From Octopus vulgaris (Eukaryota): 64,000 nt of DNA. The position numbers were made by a program, and so were the translations under genes. The notes under the pieces are model-generated. The model saw only the letters and a list, made by a program, of their open reading frames with translations. It ran no database searches and was not told the origin of the DNA. How positions within the stretch are numbered: position 1 is the stretch's first letter; the number at the start of each line of letters is the position of its first letter. The stretch is from contig OX597819.1 of the NCBI GenBank assembly GCA_951406725.2, positions 55,614,001 through 55,678,000 on the forward strand. Direction: 5' to 3'. Positions 24,296 through 37,252 of the stretch are shown piece after piece.

Positions 24296-24530
24296 AAGGC
24301 GGCGAGCTGGCAGAAACGTTAGCACACCGGGAAAAATGCTTAGCAGTATTTCGTCTGTCGCTACGTTCTGAGTTCGAATTCCGCCGAGGTCGACTTCGCC
24401 TTTCATCCCTTCGGGGTCGATTAGATAAGTACCAGTTACGCACTGGGGTCGATGCAATCGACTTAATCTGTTTGTCTGTCCTTGTTTGTTCCCTCTGTGT
24501 GTAGCCACTTGTGGGCAGTAAAGAAATAGG
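24296..24530 (+). mobile_element. SINE family B (representative copy)
   Basis: aggcggcgagctggcagaaacgttag...gagttcgaattcc...gcctttcatcc.ttcggggtcga. Other copies near 9238, 17700, 18740, 19897, 20279, 23870, 33467, 35300, 38769, 45030, 60853, 61045. Confidence 0.88.
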
Positions 24531-25839
24531 TATTACCAGAGCTAGCAAGCTGCAGGGCTGCACCAGACTCCAGCCTGAGTTGGCATGGCTTCTACTGCTG
24601 GATGTCCTTCCTAACGCCAGCCACATGATAACTGGAAACAGTCATCAGCATCATACAAGCTGTGTCGCTCATTTCCAGTTTTCCAAGAAAACATGTCTGG
24701 CCATGGAGAATTTATTACCTTGCTTAAAAACAAAAAAATACGTGAAGGTTGGTGACAGGATGGGCATCCGGCCATAGAAAATATACCTCATTGAATTCTA
24801 TTTGACACATGCAAACATGGAAAAGCGGACATTAAAACAACGACAGGGTTGATGATAATGATAGTCATTAGCTAATATTGTCTCTTATTTTTACGTAATT
24901 ATTCATAATCAACTTTTTAATGCATGGCTATATTAAATGTTGTGTCATTAACTTGACTATTATTTTTCATGTGTATGGGTTCTCTAAGTAATTTATATCC
25001 CAATAGTCTGTTTCACTTAAACTGTGACATTCTGTTCCTGTTAGTCATAAATCCATTTATTCTAATGGCTTCTTTCTATGGAACTCACTGCCATCATCTT
25101 GTATTTTTCTTTGGTCAATGATATTCATTCCTTTTAAGCTTCTTGTGAATCATCATCTTTTGAATTTGTAGGACCCTTCTTTTCCTTCTTTATAGCTACA
25201 TTTTCATAGTCCCAAGCCTTGTTTAGGATAAAATCTTAAAAAAAAAAACATAGGTGCAGGCATGGCTGTTTGGTAAGAAGCTGCGGGTAAGCAGAGATCG
25301 GCGAGCATCGCTTGTTACCCTCATTTATCATCATTTTCATTTGTCATTTCATATAACATTATGTCTATGTCCAGCCCGTAGCTTCCTTTCTATTTAAGGC
25401 CTTTATGGCCAATATAATGAATAAAAGAAGCTTGCTTCCCAAACCACATGGTTTGGGGTTCAGTCCCATTGCATGACACCTTGGGCTGACCAAGGCCTTG
25501 TGAGTGGGTTTGGTAGACAGAAGCTGAAAGAAGCCTGTCATATATATGTGTGTGTGTGTGTGTGCCTTTGTGTCTGTGTTTGTTCCCCCATCACTGCTTG
25601 ACAACTAGTGTTGGTGAGACCAATAGAATAAGCACTAGGCTTAAAAAAAAATCCTGGGGTCAATTTGTTCAACTAAAACCTTTCAAGGTGGTGTTCTAGT
25701 ATGGCCACAGTGAAATGACTGGAACAGATAAAAGAATATTCAATTTATTACATTACACCAACAGAAAACGTCTTCTGCTTATATTTCTATATTTCACCAT
25801 CATAAATTCATGCCAATAAAGTTCAATTTGCTTTTGCAG

Positions 25840-25932
25840 GCAATTGATGTTCTGAATGAGAAAGAAAAATTATCTGAGAGGCTCATCTTAAGTGAGAAAC
25901 AATTAAAAAATATTCCTAATTGGCAACATCAG
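25840..25932 (+). CDS. LZTFL1: LZTFL1 exon E: AIDVLNEKEKLSERLILSEKQLKNIPNWQHQ
   Basis: cttttgcag acceptor, gtgagt donor; 93 bp, phase 0/0; A...L.EK.KL pattern follows the preceding exon as in LZTFL1. Confidence 0.88.
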
Positions 25933-26065
25933 GTGAGTTTCATTTCACTGTTTTCCATTTTTATAAAATCTCTCCTGTATAGCTTTGGACCAGAATGAAT
26001 GTGTTATCTTTTTCTATGGTGTACTCATTGAAGCTGCCATTCAGTGCTTTCGTTATACTGATGAT

Positions 26066-26409
26066 GGAGGAGGAGACCGCTTTCGGTCATGAATGACCAT
26101 GGCATTGCACCTAGAAAGTTACCCTCCGAGTCACAAGTCTGGGCAAGGTTGTTTGTGAAAGGCTAGCAGTCGCCCATGCATACCAGCCTCCTCTCTCCAC
26201 ACAACTGATGTTATCCGAGGGAAAAGGCAAAGGCCAATACAGCTTGGCACCAGTGATGTTGCAACTCATTTCTACAGCTGAGTGAACTGGAGTAACATGA
26301 AATAAAGTGTCTTGCTCAAGAACACAACATGCAGCCTGGTCTAGGAATCAAACTCACAACCTCACGATCGTAAGCTCGACGCTCTAACCTCTGAACCATG
26401 TGCCTTCAC
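26066..26409 (-). mobile_element. tRNA-headed SINE family E, full length with TSD
   Basis: 11-bp TSD atactgatgat at 26055-26065 and 26410-26420; related copies ~37565-37930 and ~48440-48597. Confidence 0.85.
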
Positions 26410-29400
26410 ATACTGATGATACATCACAAATAATACACCAATTATTTCCATATGACAAAAAAAGAAGTAAAAAACAATGGGCAGCTTCCAATCACATGCT
26501 TAAGGAGAATACTGGCTGCAAAGAGTGCGAAATGACACAGTTGAAAGAGCAATGTGCATCAACAGGCTCTGTGATGAAATATGATGCAGATGTTGGAGTT
26601 GGATTAGACACATTCTCATACAAAATCGAGAAAAGCATTGCATGGTGGCACTAAAGTGGAAGCTTGAGGGGGAAAAGAGCAGCAGGGCATCCTAAAACCA
26701 CATGGTGAAGGACCATTGGTAAGGAAAGATGAGAAGGGTGGAGAAGCTGGAATGAGACCTGAACAGTGACAAAAAAACAAAAAAACAGATTTGGTTGGAG
26801 AGATTGTGTTGCAGCTGCTTGTACTTCATGGCACAAAGAGAACTAACTAAACTAACTAATTAACTATCTCCTTGCGACACAGCAATACCAAAATGGTTTT
26901 TTTAAAACTTGTTTCAGTTATTTGACTGCGGTCATGCTGGAGCACTGCCTTTAGTCGAGCAAATCGACCCCAGGACTTATTCTTTGTAAGCCTAGTACTT
27001 ATTCTATCGGTCTCTTTTGCCGAACTGCTAAGTTACGAGTACGTAAACACACCAGCATCGGTTGGCAATCGCTGTTGGGGGGACAAACACACACACACAC
27101 ACACATACATACGATGGGCTTCTTTCAGTTTCTGTCTACCAAATCTACTCACAAGGCTTTGGTTGGCCCGAGAAGACACTTGCCCAAGGTGCCACCATAC
27201 AGTGGGACTGAACCTGGAACCATGTAGTTCGTAAGCAAGCTACTTACCACACAGCCACTCCTACACCTATGTTGTATGTTATATCATTTAAACAAAGTTT
27301 AGTTATTACTGTGATTCCTGGAGGAAAAGTATGGAAGAGGCTGCAAAGCAAATAACTTTGACAACGACTGCTAAATTAAGTAACCTGTTATCAGTTGTGT
27401 ATATTTTAATACGTGCTGGATTTTAGAATAGTTACACCATATACCTGTGTATTGTATGAGGCTATAAAAAAGTGGGCATCAAGAAGAGCACTTGGCTGTA
27501 AAACTCTGACCACCAAATTCCTGTCCAATCCATGCTTGCATGGAAATGTGAATATGAAAGTGAATAGTTGCATTGATATGGGAAATGGATTACTTACCAC
27601 TTAGGAAAGATTTTTATTTATTGTTTCAGGCGTATTGTTATATATAGACATACTAAATCTCAGGACACACAGTGAAGATGGGATATTAAGGTGTAGCTTG
27701 TATTTCTGAGTTAGTGCAATCAAACTATTTTTTGGCTCAAATTGCTCCACTTAACTGAAATCTTTCAAGTTGGCAACTCTTCATGTTGTAGGTGGTGGTG
27801 GTAGTGGGTGTGGCTGCAACTGCTGTTGTTTAATTCCCACACCAGACCTTTATCCAGAGGACTGACCAGGCTTTTGATCAGAGGAATTCCAGACACAGCT
27901 ATCTCTTTATACATCTGTCTACATTGTTCAAAGTCTCCCTCTTTCTTTTTAAGATAATAGGGTGTGATCTGAGGGTGATTTGGCTCCTATTTCTAGAAGG
28001 CCAAGCAACTAGATAGAGCAGTGGTTCTTAACCCATTGTAGCTGAATGCTCCCTTATACAGAATGGCATTTTACGAACAGCCCCTCTCCATGATTTGAAA
28101 AAAAGAAATGCAGATTATGTTAATCAAACTACAATTAATTTTGTATGGTGGTTTATGAAAAATCTAAATGTATTTAGTAAGCTGGATGAGGACAGCTGCA
28201 TAAAGAAGTGCTGAGCTCAAATTATGGAGGGTACCTGTGGAAGGGGTAGACCCAGGAAGACGTGGGACGAAGTGATGAGAAAGGATCTTCAGATGCTGGG
28301 CCTCACTGAGGAAATGACAAGGGACCAGGAGATATGGTAATTTGCTGTACTTGATAAAGCAATGTCAGGCTAAGTACTCGTACAGGCTTGTCCTTTCAGG
28401 AACTGATGCCAGTTAAAAAGCACCCGTGCTGGTGTTATGTAAACACACCTGTGCTGGCGGCACATAAAAAGCACCCAGCACACTCTGATAAGTGGTTGAC
28501 GTTAGGAAGAGCAACCAGTTGTAGAAACCATGCCACAATAGACATTTGGGGTCTGGACAGCTCTCGGCGAGCCAGCTCAATATGTCAAACCGTCCAACCC
28601 ATGCCGGCATGGAGATCAGATGTTAAATGATAGTGATGATGACGATGACCACCACCACCACCACCACCATCATTATCATCATCATCATCATCCAGTATGG
28701 TCTTCATTTGCATGGGCTACTTAAAGTTTTATATGAATAATTGAAGAAGGTGAGGATTTATATGTTGAAATTACATTGGGGCTAGGTGCATCATGAGGCA
28801 CAACAAAGATTTTTTTTTGAAAATGCATTTAAACTATAAGTATTGTATTTGATTTAAATATTCAACTCATGACTGCTCTAAACATCCACAGCCATAATGT
28901 CCCCTTGACATTTACTGTCCCATTCTTCCTTAGGGGATGCTACTGCCCATATTAAGAACCTCTGATGTGGAAAGTGTCTCCTAGTCAGCTAAGGTCTGCA
29001 CTAATGAGTTAAACTATGTAGTGCTGGCTGAAGAGGTTCAATAATACTGAAACATGTCAACATACTGCTAAACATCAGTCTCATATCCTATTGTATACAA
29101 TATGTAGTTTTATAGTTTAGCGGTTGTTTTCCTCTTTTTTTTTTTTTTTACCAGAATTAGTCTTTTATGAAAATGAATGCTTTCATCATTAAACATGTAA
29201 TTTTAATAATTTAAATTTCTTGACTTAATATATCAAATATGCTATCACTCACTTCACTATACATAATTTATGTAGGAAGCACCTAACACCCACAGTTGTT
29301 ATGTTAAAGCTTGAAGGGGATAAAGATTCTAGTACATTTTTCATTTTTCAAATTGGCTTACGGTACCTGATTGTTATCTGTTAATTGGTAATTTTGTTAT

Positions 29401-29472
29401 GGTGCAATAATTTAAATTTCATTGATGATGATGATGACTTTAAAAAAAAATTTTTTTAATTTTTTTTTTAAG

Positions 29473-29544
29473 AAACCAGATGATGATGGGATCATCCAAG
29501 ACCTGGAAAAACAAATGACTGATTTGAAGTCTGAACTCCAGATG
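29473..29544 (+). CDS. LZTFL1: LZTFL1 exon F: KPDDDGIIQDLEKQMTDLKSELQM
   Basis: T tract + taag acceptor, gtttgt donor; 72 bp, phase 0/0; LE.....LKSE.Q motif. Confidence 0.86.
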
Positions 29545-30762
29545 GTTTGTATTTTTGCTATTATGCATTTCGATGTTGTAGAGAGCAGATTTAAATAGTG
29601 GCTTGTGTAGGACTCATTGATAATGAGATGAGTTATAATAGAGCTCAAGTAAATACAGGGCCATGTGGCTTAGGTTTGTACAAATATTGAAAAGCAATTT
29701 GTTTTAACTTGATATACTCATTTACTTGTTTCAGTCATTTGACTGCGGCCATGCTGGAGCACCGCCTTTAATCGAGCAAATCGACCCCGGGACTTATTCT
29801 TTGTAAGCCCAGTACTTATTCTATCGGTCTCTTTTGCCAAACCGCTAAGTGATGGGGACGTAAACACACCAGCATCGGTTGTCAAGCAATGCTAGAGGGA
29901 CAAACACAGACACACAAACATATACACACACATACACATATATATATATATACATATATACAACGGGCTTCTTTCAGTTTCCGTCTACCAAATCCACTCA
30001 CAAGGCTTTGGTTGGCCCGAGGCTATAGCAGAAGACACTTGCCCAAGATGCCACGCAGTGGGACTGAACCCGGAAGCATGTGGTTGGTTAGCAAGCTACT
30101 TACCACACAGCCACTCCTTTCTATCGAAATGCACTGCCTTTCTTTTCATGTATAATCTTCCATGCATATATTTCTGGATATGGAGAAATATTACCTATCT
30201 TGGAAACAGGTGAAGTTGGCAACAGGAAGGGCCCCAGGACTATAGAAAATCTGCTTCAATGAATACCATCCAAGCCGTGTGAGCATGAAAAAGTGGACTT
30301 TAAAATGATCATAGCAATGACAGCTATTATTATTATCATTATTTGCCAGACCTTTACTCTTTTACTTGTTTCAGTCATTTGACTGCAGCCATGCTGGAGC
30401 ACCACCTTTAGTTGAGCAAATTGACTCCAGGACTTATTCTTTGTAAGCCTACTACTTATTCTATTGGTCTCTTTTTGCCGAACCACTAAGTTACGGGGAT
30501 GTAAACACACCAGCATTGGTTGTCAAGCGATGGTGGTGGGGGACAAACACAGACACACAAACATATATACACACACATACATATATACATATATACAACG
30601 GGCTTCTTTCAGTTTCCGTCTACCAAATCCACTCACAAGCCTTTGGTCGGGCCGAGGCTATAGTAGAAGACACTTGCCCAAGCTACTATGCAGTGGGACT
30701 GAACCTGGAACCATGTGGTTGGTAAGCTAGCTACTTACCACACAGCCACTCCTGTGCCTATA

Positions 30763-31680
30763 ACAGATACTAAAGGAGTGTTTATATGTCTTGTTGAGGA
30801 AGAATTTTCTAAATCAAAGGGGATTCCTCTTGCAAATATAATGATATCTGCAACTGATGGAGCTCTTATAATGGTGGACTGCCATATTGTACAATGGATC
30901 CACTGTACACTTAAAAGTGTCTGTACTGAATGTATTGAAGGTGTATTATGGGATTCATTGCCAATGTTTGATTGCAAAACCACCTCTGAAACTTTAAGAA
31001 TCACCTACATAGGACTCCGTAATACTTTACTACTTTAATTAAAATAATTAGCAAAACCAGGAACAATTATTTCAATGACTGATTAGCTGAATAGTTGTGT
31101 GACAAAAGAAAGAAATTTAATTGCTTGCTATTCCACAGTGAAGTATTCTGGTTGTCTGCCTGAGTACCACTCTGAATAATTTTTTTATAGTTCTTTTTTT
31201 TTAAACAGTTTTGGAATTTTTGAAGACAAAGTTGTTTTGACACAAGACAATTTGAAGAATTTTAACCATTTAACATTCGGATTACTCTGTCAAATGCAAC
31301 GCTTATTTATTCATTGTTTTGATTATTCATGCATTATCCCATACCTTCAAGACTGATGGTGTATTTGTTTATTTTTAGAATTACACTGTAGGTTATGTGT
31401 GAGAGGCTGGATCTGGCCAGTTTCAACATAAAACAGGTTGAAAATTTGATCGGATACAGTCTATTTAAATGCTAAAAAGTGGGAAGTTGTGTAACTTAAA
31501 TGTCAGATTTATAATTGAAGTTAAAAGGAATGAATGTGCAGCTAAATGGAGATGAGTGGAATTTCATTAAAATGAAAGCTATTTCATATGTACATTTGTT
31601 TCAAGGCTTATTCTGTTCAAAGGGAATTTGACACTTCGGTAATTTTACCAATTTCTGAGTTTACTGAAAGAAATGACAGA
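30763..31680 (+). pseudogene. Decayed hAT (Charlie/ZBED-like) transposase
   Basis: TDTKG...IPLANI...ATDGA.IM, LL.HSEV.WLS and N.QL.G....IK.K motifs across frameshifts; interrupted by a TTAA-type MITE at ~31262-31480. Confidence 0.65.
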
Positions 31681-32552
31681 AATACATTGTCATTGTTGGC
31701 GTTAGCATCAGTTTATTGGCAGTGGTATCATCACGTCCATCACCATGCTGTTGCTTCTTCTTCTTCCAATCAGGACTCACGCCATTAGCCACAAATAATA
31801 ATCTCTAATTTGAGCCTACTCTAAGCTACTAAGAATGTGTGTGGCAACTTGAAGATCCACCCACCACACGCGATAGACTGGCGGTTGCACGGGCGTGAAA
31901 GCTACGTTGTTATCCTCATTCCATAAACGGTGGCTTTTAACGGGTGGAGAGCTGAACCATCCTGGGGTACAGAGGATTTGCAATCTAGACTAGGGTCTGA
32001 AAGTTTTACCACACCATGGTTCCTCTCCTAGAAGTAGGAAGAAAGAGTGAGAGAAAGTTGTGGTAAAAGAGTACAGTGGGGTTCACCACCTTTCCCTGCC
32101 ACAGCCTCATGGAGCTTAGGTGTTTTTGCTCAATAAACACTCACAATGGGAATTGAAACTGCGTTCTTACAACTGCGAGTCCACTGCCCTAACCACTGGG
32201 CCATTGCGGCTCCACCCATGCTGCTGCTGCCACTTATGCCAATTGCTGACATTTCCAACTCATGCTGCATGAATGGAAAAGCCGATGTAAAATTGATGAT
32301 GGTATAAATATTTATTTTGCATAAATAAATCCATGTGGTTTCACTTAGAATTATTTTATTTGAATGATTTTTTAAATGGTACTGAATAGTATCTTTTTAA
32401 AACTATGTATAAGTCTATGAATTTCATTATTCAAAGCAAATAAATTCACTATACACGTTAAAAACAAAACGAAGAAAAACATTTGGTTGCTGGGAATGAA
32501 AAATGTCCCAGGAAGCATTTGAATAAAAGTTTTCATTTCTTTAAATTTTCAG

Positions 32553-32654
32553 AACAAAGACACACAACCGAAATTGCTGGCTGTTGAATCTGATCTTTCT
32601 GATACCAAACAGGAACTGCTGAAAGTAAATGAAATGTTGGAGTTAGCTGAAAAG
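32553..32654 (+). CDS. LZTFL1: LZTFL1 exon G: NKDTQPKLLAVESDLSDTKQELLKVNEMLELAEK
   Basis: ttttcag acceptor, gtaaac donor; 102 bp, phase 0/0; K..LL.V.E.L..AEK motif. Confidence 0.92.
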
Positions 32655-32933
32655 GTAAACAATTGCCTTATACTAAAAGAATTTGTCATTATTTACCTTG
32701 TTTCATATATACGTCATATGTAGATACTGCCTCCTGTCCAGCCACGGGGGTCAAAGAAATTCCTTTTTCTAATGGAACTGCTGTTGCTCAGTAAGCATCT
32801 GATATTCTTTGACAATATTCTTTCACAACACCATGTGACCTGCCTTGACCAATTGCAGCCTACCTTCTGAGACTCCTGTAAGGGGCCATTGAAACTTTAA
32901 GTTGCACAGAACCAAATCAAACTGTTTTAAATA

Positions 32934-32999
<66 letters not shown>

Positions 33000-33988
33000 T
33001 GAGAGTTTTACAAAGAAAATAGTATTCTGCTTTAATAGAAGCATTATACTGCACACCATAGAACAAAACTAAATAGGAAAATATTAACAGAAAATTCCTT
33101 ATAGGATACACCACAGAAATAGACAATTGAATAGGAAAACAATACTAATATCACAATATAAGGCTATAATTAACATGCAACATACATACATCACTAATGT
33201 GAATCTGATGCAGTAAAGCCTAATGCTCTGATGGACAAATTCTAGGGGCGGTGTCTGTATAAACATAAGCCACCTTCTATAAAAAAGATAAAGAAGTTGA
33301 AAGCACTCCAAATCCTTATGATGAGGCTGAGATAGTCTGGAAATTGTGCTAAATATGAATATAGGTACTTTATTGTTTCAAATGAACAATAAAGTTTTGA
33401 TATACAGATTTGAAAAAGCTGTAATAAAAAAAGATCAAGTTGGGACATTGTTGTGTTTTCAATATTAGGTGGCAAACTGGCAGAATCATTAGCACACTGG
33501 GCAAAATGCTTTGTGGCATTTTGCCCATCTTTATGTTCTGAATTCAGATTTCATAGAGGTTGACTTTACTTTTCATCCTTTCTGGGTCGATAAAATAAGT
33601 ACCAGTTGACCACTGAGATTGATGTAATTAACTTACCTGCTCCCTGAAACTACTGGCCTTGTGGCAAAATTCAAAATCATTGTAACACATGCAAACATAC
33701 ACACACACACACACACATGCACAGTAGGTTTCCATACACTTTCCACCTGCCCAGTCCACTCACAAGCCATCGGTTGGCCCAAGGCTACAATAGAAGACAC
33801 ATGCTGAAAGTGCCGTGCAGTAAGATAAAACTACCATCTGGTTACAAAGTGAAGTCCAAACATGAAATTTTGATGGAAGGAATTAATTTGTATCATTTTA
33901 AAATTAAAAAACTTGTATTATAGAACCAGGGTTAATCTCATTCAGCTTGGTTACAAAGGGGTTGCATATGTTAACACTAATGCTGTTA

Positions 33989-34020
<32 letters not shown>

Positions 34021-34556
34021 TTAGCATCCGCTTTCCATGCTAGCATGGGTTGGACGGTTCAACTGAGGTCTGGGAAGCCCGAAGGCTGCACCAGGCCCAG
34101 TCTGATCTGGCAATGTTTCTACAGCTGGATGCCCTTCCTAACGCCAACCACTCCGTGAGTGTAGTGGGTGCTTTTTTACGTGCCAGATGAGGCTGGCAAA
34201 CGGCCATGATCGGATGGTGCTCTTTACGTGCCACCGGCATGGAGGCCAGTCAGGGCGGTGCTGGCAATGGCCACGTTAGGATGGTTCTCTTATGTGCCAC
34301 CGGCACTGGTATCACAGCTTCAATTTCCATTGATTGATCGAATAAAAGAAATAAAATAATGAGGAATACACATGTACTTGTACATGATGAACAAAATGGA
34401 TAATAATGATAACAATGTAATATAAATAAAATATCAAATGTTTTGGTATGTGACTTTTGGTCCACCTGTACATATATTTATAATGCTTGCTAAATTTAAT
34501 TTTCATTAATTTTGCTTTGCTTTTTCCTTTTTTTTCAACTGCCATTCTGTCTACAG

Positions 34557-34660
34557 GAAATGGAGAAGAAGGTATCCCAGACAGCACCTTTCAAAAATCT
34601 CAAATCAATGCTACAGAAGAAAAACGAGCAGATAAAAGAATTGAGGCAAAGATTATCAAA
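34557..34660 (+). CDS. LZTFL1: LZTFL1 exon H: EMEKKVSQTAPFKNLKSMLQKKNEQIKELRQRLS(K)
   Basis: ctacag acceptor, gtaaga donor; 104 bp, phase 0 to 2; E.EKK..QTA...N.K..L.KKN.QIK.LR.RL leucine-zipper end. Confidence 0.95.
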
Positions 34661-35516
34661 GTAAGAATAAAGCTATTTCATTTCCTAATTAATTTTGTAC
34701 AAAACCATTTCTTCTATGTTTGTTCATTCTTTTAACATCCATTTTCCCTTGCAAGCATGGTTCGAACAGGACTATTTGTGACAACATCTTGCAGCAGGAT
34801 ACCCTTCTTGTTGCCAACCTTTACTTAACTTTCAAATAAAGAATTTTTTCCCCTGGTCTTCGAAAGTGTAGAGGGACTGATTGTTATATCAACAAGGAAT
34901 ATCAACACATATCACTGCTTTGCTCAGATGGTGACAAGTGAAACTCTAGACTGTCAACATTCATTTTCATACATGCACACGTATTCTTCTACATACACAT
35001 GTGAACTCTCTTTCACTTACAGACACACTCACTCACACATGCACAATCATACACATACACATTGTTCCTAAGAAGCCATGCCAAAGCTAACTTTTGTACA
35101 TAATTCTATGTACTGTACATGCACCTTTGATAAGTTGTAGTGCACCGGAGCACTATACACTAATTTCATTGTTATTATTATAATGCATATAATTAATTGA
35201 ACATTAATGGCTAACATCCATGACTTCCAGTATGTTTTGATGAAGATGGTGAATACAACTTCAGGGACAGAATCAATTTTGTTATTTCAGTTATAATAAT
35301 AATCCTTTCTGCTGGAGGCACAAGTCCTGAAATTGTTTTGGTAGCGGGAGTAGTTGATTACATCGACCCCAGTGTTTTACTGGTACTTAATTTATCAACC
35401 CTAAAGGATGAAAGGCAAAGTTGACCTCAGCAGAATTTGAGTTCAGAACGTGAAAATGGATGAAATGCTGCTAAGCATTTTCCCTGGTGTGTGAACAATT
35501 CTGCCAGCTTGCCACC

Positions 35517-35568
<52 letters not shown>

Positions 35569-35801
35569 TGATGATAATAATAAGTGAAAATGTGACACAT
35601 CCAAAAGAATTTAATAAACAAATTGAGAGCATAGACTGAATAAGTGGAAAGTGTAAGCAATGTATGGGCAAAACCTCAGAGAAATGGAAGTGGAAGACAA
35701 GACCAACAACTGGAGGTGGTTCAGGAAAGTGATCTGAAAGGATGCTCTAAGGTATTGATTTGTAGTGCTCAGGAACAAGCTTTGAAAACTAATTACACCA
35801 A

Positions 35802-36262
35802 CATTATTTACATTTGACAGATATTTGTCCTCATCTTGTTTGTTATTAACACGTTTTGGCTCATGTACCTTCCAGCCTTCATCAGGTGTCTTGGGGAAAT
35901 TTTGAACCTAAGGTATTTTTACGATGTTGTTGTTATTGTTATTATTCAGGTCACTGCCTGGAATCAAACTCGGAATCTTGGGGTTAGTAGCCTGCACTCT
36001 TAACCACTACGCCATATGCCCTTGGCATATGGCATTCGATTCCAGGCAGTGACTTGAATAATAATAATAACAATAACAATAACAACAACATCGAAAAAAT
36101 CCTTAGGAATGAGAACCCGGGTTCAAAATTTCCCCAAGACACCTGATGAAGGCTGGAGGGTATATCAGCCGAAATGTCGTGTTAACAACAAACAAGATGA
36201 GGACAAATATCCATCAAATGTAAATAATATACATAATTCCTCATCTCTTAAATATAGAATTG
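35802..36262. mobile_element. Palindromic insertion of a tRNA-headed, hammerhead-tailed SINE-like element
   Basis: Arms ~35803-36020 (minus; A box tggcgtagtgg, B-box-like gagtttgattcc) and ~36024-36262 (plus) are reverse complements. Flanked by the 12-bp direct repeat taattacaccaa at 35790-35801 and 36263-36274; interrupts a LINE remnant. Confidence 0.8.
36138..36183 (+). ncRNA. Minimal type I hammerhead ribozyme motif in SINE tail
   Basis: gacac CTGATGA a ggctg[10 nt]cagcc GAAA tg TC gtgtt; stem I gacac/gtgtt; stem III essentially absent (dimer type); predicted cut after 36178. Confidence 0.75.
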
Positions 36263-36821
36263 TAATTACACCAAGTTCCAAATAGATAAGAGTACTGAAT
36301 CACCCCCTTTGTAAGATGTGTGACATCAAAAATGAAACAGTTTCACATATTGTGAATGAGTATAGCAAATTGGCTCAAAAGGAATACAAAATGGGACATG
36401 ATAACATAGTTAGGTAGTTCATTGGAGAGTGTGTGAGAAGTACAGTCTTAAAAGGGCATTGAAATGGTATGTCACTGAGAACATTGAGTATAAAATCTAG
36501 TGAGATTTTACAATCCAGTGTTATTCAGTGATAGATGCATGAAGACCAGACATTGTTGTTGATGAAATGACAAAGGAAACTGAGTTCATAGATATTGCCA
36601 TACCTGGGGGTGTACATGTGGATGATAAAGAACTGGAAAAGATTGAGAAGTACGAGCTATTAAAAGATGGGATTGCATGAATGTTGGCAGTGAAGAAAGT
36701 AACTGTCATCCAAATAATTGTAGGGTTTTAGGGGCATTAACAATCAGATTTGAGAAGTTTGGATTCACACGAGGGTATGACTTGCTCAGAAAATGGCTTT
36801 ATTGGGGACAGCTCTGCTTAT

Positions 36822-37252
36822 TTATTTCAAACGTAAAATCTGTGCTTTTGTATGGCTCTGAAACATGGTGAGCCACCTGCAGCAACTACAAGAAGATCCA
36901 GACCTTCATCAACAAATGTCTCCGGGCAGAAGTGGTTCGACAGATTGCCAAACACCGACCTGTGGGAAAGGGCCAACCAGGAGCCCATACATGTTCAGAT
37001 TAGACGAAGGAAATGGAGATGGATCGGACACACACTGCGGAAAGAACCCTCAAATGTGACACGACAAGCACTTGACTGGAACCCGCAGGGGAGAAGGAAG
37101 CGAGGACGCTCGAAGCAGACATGAAAGCAGAGCATTTTGGATGAGCTCAGGACCACTGAACTGACATGGGAAGCAGCCAAGAAACACACCAATGACTGCA
37201 AAAAGTGGAAAACAACTGTTGAGACCCTATGCTCCACAAGGGGCAAAAGGAT
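36822..37252 (+). mobile_element. 3' fragment of a different RTE-type LINE nested in an RLE LINE
   Basis: KSVLLYGSETW; RRRKWRWIGHTLRK...RQALDWNPQGRRKRGR. Confidence 0.88.

Larger units (their letters stand above)
35590..36820 (+). mobile_element. Decayed RLE-type non-LTR element (R4/NeSL-like) C-terminus
   Basis: AQEQAL.TNY, C..C....ETVSHIV, LAQKEYK..HD, RPDIVV, IDIAIPG, EKIEKY motifs; interrupted by the 35802-36262 palindrome. Confidence 0.8.

Noticed and set aside
35955-36025. tRNA-like heads as functional tRNA genes
   Set aside because: Acceptor and anticodon stems are imperfect and each head is fused to a repeat body.
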